The notes beneath the pieces are model-generated. The model ran no database searches. It saw only the letters and a program-made list of their open reading frames with translations, and was not told where the DNA came from. A program made the translations under genes and the position numbers. DNA of 10,069 nt. Source: Candidatus Undinarchaeota archaeon. Its GTDB lineage: Archaea > Undinarchaeota > Undinarchaeia > Undinarchaeales > UBA543. Of this stretch, positions 1-5,261 are shown one piece after another. The stretch lies in assembly GCA_964636545.1 (NCBI GenBank), contig CAZWSR010000007.1:1-10069 (forward strand). The letters run 5' to 3'. Positions within the stretch are counted from its first letter, which is position 1. Every line of letters begins with the position of its first letter.

Positions 1-2
1 AA

Positions 3-731
3 TGGTCTGTTGACGAGGCTCTCAGTAATTCATCAACTCCAATAACAAACCGAAGACCGGTTCTTGTATGGAACAACTCAACCGACACTGACGGGGATGC
101 ACTAACTTACGAGCTTGTGATTGACAATGATGCTGATTTCAGCAGTCCTGAGGTAAATGTCAGTGGTCTTGACAACACAACTCTTGACAACAGTACAAAT
201 TACACTTCAGTTCTAGAAGCAGATGTTGATGATGTTCACGTCTGGAAAGTTCGTGCCTGGGACGGCACTGTCTGGGGACAATACAGTTCTCCTTGGTGGT
301 ATGAGGTACAGTCTTTAGTTGCGATTTCCATGATTTACAACACTTCTGACTTTGGACAAATGTATGCGCCGCAAACCAATAACTCAATTGACTGGCCTCA
401 GCTTACTGGTAATCCAGTTATTTCAAATAACGGAACTTGCGACCTCAATGTCACAGTTACTGGAACTGATTTATGGGATACTGTCTCAAATCCAACAATA
501 AACTTCCAATACCAGACTGAAGTAAATCAAACAGATGCGTATCTTGAGGGTACTGAAGTCTGGACAAATGTGCCAGCTGTTTCCATTACAGACGATATTG
601 GCTGGTTACAGCACATAAATCTATCAAATGCTGTGAGCCAGGCAAATATCCACTTCAATGTTTCAGTTCCATATGCTGAAGTTGCTGGTGTAAAAACATC
701 AACAGTTACATTAACTGTGGAGAAATCATGA
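3..731 (+). CDS. 5'-truncated large extracellular protein: FN3/Ig-like domain followed by a C-terminal pilin-like beta domain (putative tip adhesin)
   Basis: The frame is open from base 3 (WSVDEALSNSSTPITNRRPVLVWNNSTDTDGDALTYELVIDNDADFSSP...), so the GTG at 117 is internal. PVLVW..STD.DGD.LTY...WKVRAWDG is an FN3-like pattern. The last ~140 aa share motifs with the three paralogs. Many N-X-S/T sequons and no C-terminal TM. Confidence 0.8.
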   Translation, partial: WSVDEALSNSSTPITNRRPVLVWNNSTDTDGDALTYELVIDNDADFSSPEVNVSGLDNTTLDNSTNYTSVLEADVDDVHVWKVRAWDGTVWGQYSSPWWYEVQSLVAISMIYNTSDFGQMYAPQTNNSIDWPQLTGNPVISNNGTCDLNVTVTGTDLWDTVSNPTINFQYQTEVNQTDAYLEGTEVWTNVPAVSITDDIGWLQHINLSNAVSQANIHFNVSVPYAEVAGVKTSTVTLTVEKS

Positions 732-1594
732 AAAGTAAAACAGGTATCAGGTATCAGGTATCAGGCATCGGTTCCCGATGGTTGAAAATTACATTAATCG
801 TAGCAGTGCTTCTAATAGCTCTTCCAGCTCAAGCTTTTGCTCTTGGCATATCTCCTGGAGAGCGTGTTATTAAAAATCAGCCAGGTAAAACCTTTGAGTA
901 TGTTGGTCTTATTGTAAACAATGAATACAAAGATATGACAGTTAATCTTGAAGTTGGCGGCGACCTTAAACAATTTGTTAGTGTTGAACCAAAAGAATTG
1001 AATTTTACTCGTGAAGAATCTCAAAAAACATATATTGTTCAGGTTCTTGTTCCATTTACAATTGAGCCAGGACAAAACCTTGGTTATATTCTTGCAAGCG
1101 AAGAGCCAGAAGCGCAGGAAGGGGAAATGAAAATAAGCACAACTGTTGCTGTAAAAAGCAGAATTGTCATTGCGTCAAATGAAACAGAAGAAAAACAAAA
1201 TGTTCTTGAAAAAGTGGATGCTGGTGATGGCGTACTTGAAACAGAATCTGGACCAAGAACAACTGGGCTTGTTGTTGGAAAAGAAAGTAGAGCAGGTCTA
1301 TTCCAGAACAAAATGGTTGGAATAATCCTCTTAATCTCTGGATTATTAATAATGGGTGGTTTGATGCTTATTGGTGTAAACTATCAAAAACAAGCAAGTC
1401 AAGTGGCTGTAAAGAAAAAAGAAGAAAAACGAGTTCAAAAACAAGTTACAGCTCAAGAACAGCTTCTTGCACTTGAAGATTATATTCAAAAATGCAGAAA
1501 TCGCGGAATAAGCAAGGAAAAAATCAAAGCAAGGCTTATCCAGGAAAAATGGGATGAGAAGGTCATTAATAAGCTATTGAAGCGCGCAAGTTAA
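728..1594 (+). CDS. Secreted, membrane-anchored Ig-like protein (DUF916/pilus-chaperone-like N-domain, C-proximal TM, small cytoplasmic helical domain)
   Basis: ATGA overlap with the upstream stop. Signal peptide ...LPAQAFA|LGISPGERVIKNQPGK, TM MVGIILLISGLLIMGGLMLIGV, tail LEDYIQKCRNRGISKEKIKARLIQEKW. Family assignment is by motif resemblance only. An in-frame TTG at 782 is a possible alternative start. Confidence 0.7.
   Translation: MKSKTGIRYQVSGIGSRWLKITLIVAVLLIALPAQAFALGISPGERVIKNQPGKTFEYVGLIVNNEYKDMTVNLEVGGDLKQFVSVEPKELNFTREESQKTYIVQVLVPFTIEPGQNLGYILASEEPEAQEGEMKISTTVAVKSRIVIASNETEEKQNVLEKVDAGDGVLETESGPRTTGLVVGKESRAGLFQNKMVGIILLISGLLIMGGLMLIGVNYQKQASQVAVKKKEEKRVQKQVTAQEQLLALEDYIQKCRNRGISKEKIKARLIQEKWDEKVINKLLKRAS
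741..768 (+). repeat. Heptamer tandem repeat (CAGGTAT)x3 + CAGGCAT in the 5' end of CDS 728-1594
   Basis: Read directly: caggtat caggtat caggtat caggcat. Confidence 0.9.
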
Positions 1595-1595
1595 G

Positions 1596-1614
1596 CGTAA
1601 GGTATATATAAATA
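1596..1614 (+). promoter_or_regulatory. Archaeal BRE/TATA promoter for the pilin-like trio
   Basis: cgtaagg followed by TATATATAAATA about 30 bp upstream of ATG 1642; no SD sequence. Confidence 0.65.
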
Positions 1615-1641
1615 GGAATAAACATACAATAACATATCCTA

Positions 1642-2322
1642 ATGAAACAAAAATTAGAAACTAAAAAAGTAGTACTTGCTCTTGTTGGACTTATTCTATT
1701 ATCATTCTTAGGCACAGCTGCGTATTTTTCTTCCGTTGGAAAATTACAATTTAGCTTTTCTCCTACTGGTTTTGCTAGTGAAGGTTTTGTATCTGCAGAT
1801 ATTGCAGGAACAACTGCTATTGATGTTGTTGACACCCAAATCAATTTATCAACTACAATTGACACTGCTGGAGATGCTAGTGCTTATGTTGCTACAAATG
1901 CAACAAGTGCCACTATCAACAGTTTTGATAATGTTTCTAATGAAAATTGGTTGAACAGAACAGGTGCTGAGGCACGTTTAGTTGAAAAAGACAATCTTAC
2001 AGTTAATAACACTGGTTCAACAATAGCAAACATAACTCTTTCCTCAAATTCTACTCCTACCACATTTTTCGGTGTTGGCGGCGGCAATTTCTGGGTCAAA
2101 ATCACTAACGGTACTGACAATGCAGCTGGCGCTGGTTGTACTCAAATCCAAAAAGGTTCTTGGGTAGAATACAGCACTAATACAACTAATCTGTGTGGGA
2201 TGCTCCCAACATTTGACCTAAACGATACAATCGATCTATGGATTCAGTGGCAAGTTCCTGCTGCTGCAATTGCTCGTGTTTACAATAGCACTTTAACAAT
2301 AAGTGCAACACAAGCATCTTGA
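1642..2322 (+). CDS. Secreted pilin-like beta-rich glycoprotein, paralog 1
   Basis: 226 aa. N-terminal basic plus hydrophobic segment, SPTGFASEG motif, two Cys, 12 N-X-S/T sequons, C-terminus WQVPAAAIARVYNSTLTISATQ shared with the paralogs, no C-terminal anchor. Confidence 0.8.
   Translation: MKQKLETKKVVLALVGLILLSFLGTAAYFSSVGKLQFSFSPTGFASEGFVSADIAGTTAIDVVDTQINLSTTIDTAGDASAYVATNATSATINSFDNVSNENWLNRTGAEARLVEKDNLTVNNTGSTIANITLSSNSTPTTFFGVGGGNFWVKITNGTDNAAGAGCTQIQKGSWVEYSTNTTNLCGMLPTFDLNDTIDLWIQWQVPAAAIARVYNSTLTISATQAS
1802..1952 (+). repeat. 151-bp exact direct repeat, copy 1 (copy 2 at 3108-3258)
   Basis: Base-by-base comparison shows identity from ttgcaggaacaactgct... to ...gaaaattggtt. Confidence 0.93.
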
Positions 2323-2329
2323 TACTAAA

Positions 2330-2971
2330 ATGAAAGAAAAAACATCAATACTAATAATTGCCCTTCTTGCAGTGGCTGTACTAGGGATTGCAATGCATTT
2401 CCGAATTTCACCTACTGGTCTTGCTAGTGAGGGGTTTGTAACTGCTAATGTTGCAGGTACTGTTGCTATTGATGTTACTGATACTCAAATCAATTTATCA
2501 AAAAATATAGATGCTGACGAAGATGCTAGTGCGTATGTTGCTACAAATGCTACTAGTGCTGAAATTGATAGTTTTGCTAATGTTTCTAACCAGAACTGGT
2601 TGAACCGGACTGGTGCTGAAGCACGTATAATTGATCCAGATAATTTATCAATTAACAACACAGGAACTGTCTATGCTAACATAACTTTTGCTGCAAATGC
2701 TTCACCTACAACTATTTTCGGTGTTTCTGGTGGAAATTTCTGGTTTAAGATGACTAATGGTTCTGAAATAACTGCGGCTTGTGAAGGTATTCAGGCAGCA
2801 GCCTGGACTGAATACAGTACTAACACTAGTGATGTTTGTGAAGAATTACAAACCTTGGACACAACTGATGTTATTGATATTTGGATCAAGTGGCAGGTTC
2901 CTGCTGCTGCTATTGCACGCGTTTACAACAGTACTTTGACAGTTAGTGCAGCTCAGTCCAATTGGGAATAA
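2330..2971 (+). CDS. Secreted pilin-like beta-rich glycoprotein, paralog 2
   Basis: Start reassigned to ATG 2330 (MKEKTSILII..., 213 aa), 7 bp after the paralog 1 stop. SPTGLASEG motif, two Cys, 11 sequons, same C-terminal motif. Confidence 0.8.
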   Translation: MKEKTSILIIALLAVAVLGIAMHFRISPTGLASEGFVTANVAGTVAIDVTDTQINLSKNIDADEDASAYVATNATSAEIDSFANVSNQNWLNRTGAEARIIDPDNLSINNTGTVYANITFAANASPTTIFGVSGGNFWFKMTNGSEITAACEGIQAAAWTEYSTNTSDVCEELQTLDTTDVIDIWIKWQVPAAAIARVYNSTLTVSAAQSNWE

Positions 2972-2977
2972 GATATA

Positions 2978-3637
2978 ATGGCGCAATCATCTAAAACCTC
3001 AATAATCATAATAGTTTTGCTAGCGATTGCAGTTCTAGGTATTGCAATACAGTTCAATCTTTCTCCTACAGGCCTTGTTGCTAGTGAAGGGTCTGCAACT
3101 GTTGAGGTTGCAGGAACAACTGCTATTGATGTTGTTGACACCCAAATCAATTTATCAACTACAATTGACACTGCTGGAGATGCTAGTGCTTATGTTGCTA
3201 CAAATGCAACAAGTGCCACTATCAACAGTTTTGATAATGTTTCTAATGAAAATTGGTTAAACAGAACTGGTGCAGAAGCACGATTAGTTGAAAAAGATAA
3301 TCTTACCGTAAACAATACTGGCACAACTATGGCCAATATAACTCTTGCTGCAAATGCTACTTCTGCTGCTGTTTTCGGTGTTGCTGGTGGCGATTTCTGG
3401 GTTAAAATAACTAATGGTACAGACAATAATGCAGCTTCTGGTTGTGAACATATTCAAGCAGCGGGCTGGACCCAGTACACTATACAAATTACAAACACTA
3501 CTGATTTATGTGGAAAACTTCCATTTTATGACGGAAATGACACAATTGACTTGTGGATTCAGTGGCAGGTTCCTGCTGCTGCAATTGCTCGTGTTTACAA
3601 CAGCACTTTAACAATAAGTGCGGCTCAGTCAGAATAA
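2978..3637 (+). CDS. Secreted pilin-like beta-rich glycoprotein, paralog 3
   Basis: 219 aa, 6 bp after the paralog 2 stop. SPTGLVASEG motif, two Cys, 12 sequons after the TG motif, same C-terminal motif. Confidence 0.8.
   Translation: MAQSSKTSIIIIVLLAIAVLGIAIQFNLSPTGLVASEGSATVEVAGTTAIDVVDTQINLSTTIDTAGDASAYVATNATSATINSFDNVSNENWLNRTGAEARLVEKDNLTVNNTGTTMANITLAANATSAAVFGVAGGDFWVKITNGTDNNAASGCEHIQAAGWTQYTIQITNTTDLCGKLPFYDGNDTIDLWIQWQVPAAAIARVYNSTLTISAAQSE
3108..3258 (+). repeat. 151-bp exact direct repeat, copy 2 (copy 1 at 1802-1952)
   Basis: Identical to 1802-1952, offset 1306 bp. Confidence 0.93.
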
Positions 3638-3647
3638 TTAATCTTGA

Positions 3648-3660
3648 CAATCTTTATAAA
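3648..3660 (+). promoter_or_regulatory. TATA box (caatcTTTATAAA), probable leaderless transcript
   Basis: TTTATAAA at 3653-3660, centred about 26 bp before ATG 3682. Confidence 0.6.
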
Positions 3661-3681
3661 CTGCTAAAGAATATTACGATT

Positions 3682-4827
3682 ATGCGCAAGTTTGTTTTGC
3701 TATTGTCAGCACTTCTTTTTCTTCTAGCTATGGCTGGATGCGCACAAGCAATAATGATTGTGCCTGCTAGAACAAATATTGAATATCAACCTGGCGAAAT
3801 CATTCAATTATCTTTTGGAGTTGGACAGTTTGGCGAAGGCATGGGTTATGAAGTTGATTTTCAAGGAGAATATACAGAAAATGCTCGAATTATTAAAGAA
3901 GATTCCAATAGCATACTTGTTGAATTCACAATGCCAGAAAACGCAAGGCCTGGTCAACACGAGCTCAAAGTTGGGGTAGCTCAGGCGCAAAAAGGCGGTT
4001 TTAGAACTGATGCAATTTCTGCCCGTGCAGCTGTTTATTCACAAGTAAGATTCTTTGTCCCTTATCCTGCAAGATATGCTGAAATCTCAATAGATGATGT
4101 GGATATTGCTATTGGGAAAATGGCATTTTTCACTGTCAATTTACATAATTACGGAAAAGAAATGCTTAATTCAATAAAAGTAAATGTATCTATTTTTGAT
4201 AATCTCAATCAAACAATTGCGATTGTTCCATTATCTGACCGTAGTAGTTTATATTCACTTCAGGCAACTGAACTCTTTGCACAATGGGGTAGTGAGAATT
4301 CCTCTGCTGGAATATACCGAACTGTTGCACAAGTTGATTATGACGGAATTGACGCCACCACAGAAGGACAGCTCAGAGTTGGAACAATGACTATTAACAT
4401 AAACAGCATACGGGCTATTGGTAATGTGCAAAGCGGGATTGTTAAAATAAATGTTGATCTGTCAAGTTTATGGAATGAAAAACTTACTGGGGTTTATGTA
4501 ACTGGAGAAATCACAAAAGATGGTGCAGTTATGGCTAATATGAAATCTGCTACAACTGAACTCCAATCCTGGGATAGTACAACTCTTGTAATGTATTGGG
4601 ATGTTTTGAATCTTGATGTTGGAATTTATGACATTGATGTGAAATTATATTATGCAGATAAAGTAAAAGAAACTGAAACTCAAATTTACTTAATGGAAGA
4701 AGAAGCAATTTCTGAAGATACAACCGTAAACACAATGTTGTATGGTGCTGTTCTTCTTCTAATACTCGCTGTTATCTTCCTTGCAGTTGTGGTTCTAAAA
4801 ACAAAGAAAGGAGATTCAGATGAATAA
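3682..4827 (+). CDS. Secreted multi-Ig-domain membrane-anchored protein (DUF916/DUF3324- or chaperone-like)
   Basis: Start reassigned to ATG 3682 (381 aa). Signal peptide MRKFVLLLSALLFLLAMAGCAQA|IMIVPARTNIEYQPGE, about three beta domains with G.Y/H...V strands, C-terminal TM plus KTKK. The N-domain resembles that of CDS 728-1594. Confidence 0.72.
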   Translation: MRKFVLLLSALLFLLAMAGCAQAIMIVPARTNIEYQPGEIIQLSFGVGQFGEGMGYEVDFQGEYTENARIIKEDSNSILVEFTMPENARPGQHELKVGVAQAQKGGFRTDAISARAAVYSQVRFFVPYPARYAEISIDDVDIAIGKMAFFTVNLHNYGKEMLNSIKVNVSIFDNLNQTIAIVPLSDRSSLYSLQATELFAQWGSENSSAGIYRTVAQVDYDGIDATTEGQLRVGTMTININSIRAIGNVQSGIVKINVDLSSLWNEKLTGVYVTGEITKDGAVMANMKSATTELQSWDSTTLVMYWDVLNLDVGIYDIDVKLYYADKVKETETQIYLMEEEAISEDTTVNTMLYGAVLLLILAVIFLAVVVLKTKKGDSDE

Positions 4828-5212
4828 TAAAATTCTTATTATTGCCGGAATCGTTGTTCTTGTTGCAGTTGGTATTTTTTATTTTAGTCCCTATGCTATG
4901 GTTGAACATGACATGTATTTGACTGTTGAATATGATAATGTTGGAATAAATGTTGATACTGATGCTGTGTGGTTCGGTGGTGTTGTGCAAGGTGGCGCAA
5001 GTATGCGTCCTGTAATCTTGACATCTTCTCGTGATTCCAAAGTAGTAGTCAAAGCTAAAGGAGAATTTGCAGAATGGGTCTCTGTTTCTCAAAATAATTT
5101 TAAAATAAAAGCAGATGAGCCATTTGAAGTTCAAGTAAAAGCACATGTCCCACAAGATGCAGAATTAAGAAATTATGAAGGTACTGTTGTGTTCTACTTC
5201 TTCAGGGATTAA
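4820..5212 (+). CDS. Small N-terminally anchored single Ig-like domain protein (possible minor pilus component)
   Basis: 130 aa, 8-bp overlap with the upstream gene, AAGGAGA at 4808-4814. N-terminal TM, motifs AVWFG and VPQDAELRNYEGTVVF. Confidence 0.72.
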   Translation: MNNKILIIAGIVVLVAVGIFYFSPYAMVEHDMYLTVEYDNVGINVDTDAVWFGGVVQGGASMRPVILTSSRDSKVVVKAKGEFAEWVSVSQNNFKIKADEPFEVQVKAHVPQDAELRNYEGTVVFYFFRD

Positions 5213-5221
5213 TAAGAATAC

Positions 5222-5231
5222 TATATATAAG
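5222..5231 (+). promoter_or_regulatory. TATA box upstream of the PGF-pre-PGF gene
   Basis: TATATATAAG 31-40 bp upstream of ATG 5262. Confidence 0.5.
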
Positions 5232-5261
5232 TGAAAAATTATAGAAATAATACTTAAACCC

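Noticed and set aside
117-119. GTG start given by the ORF track for the first gene
   Set aside because: The frame is open from base 3 and the FN3-like domain begins upstream; the gene is truncated by the window.
2303-2329. N-terminal extension MQHKHLDTK of paralog 2
   Set aside because: It overlaps paralog 1; ATG 2330 gives an N-terminus matching the other paralogs.
1566-3487. Repeated small antisense or alternative-frame ORFs (1566-1865, 1736-1954, 1884-2120, 2953-3171, 3042-3260, 3190-3426 etc.)
   Set aside because: These are shadows of the duplicated pilin-like genes; their similarity is explained by the DNA repeat.
1642-3637. Diversity-generating retroelement TR/VR pair or CRISPR array
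   Set aside because: No reverse transcriptase, differences are mostly synonymous and not adenine-specific, all copies are intact ORFs, and there is no repeat-spacer periodicity.
1642-3637. Type IV pilins or archaellins
   Set aside because: No K/R-G/A class III cleavage site before the hydrophobic helix, the helix is poorly conserved among paralogs, and no assembly ATPase or TadC is in the window.
3553-3681. Cys-rich N-terminus (SCCCNCSC) of the 424-aa ORF
   Set aside because: It is an alternative-frame reading of the paralog 3 end (PAAAIAR). ATG 3682 has a TATA box and starts a clean signal peptide.
3730-3741. Lipobox-like MAGC in CDS 3682-4827
   Set aside because: An AQA SPase I site follows and aligns the mature N-terminus with CDS 728-1594, and the protein already has a C-terminal TM. 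Not fully excluded.
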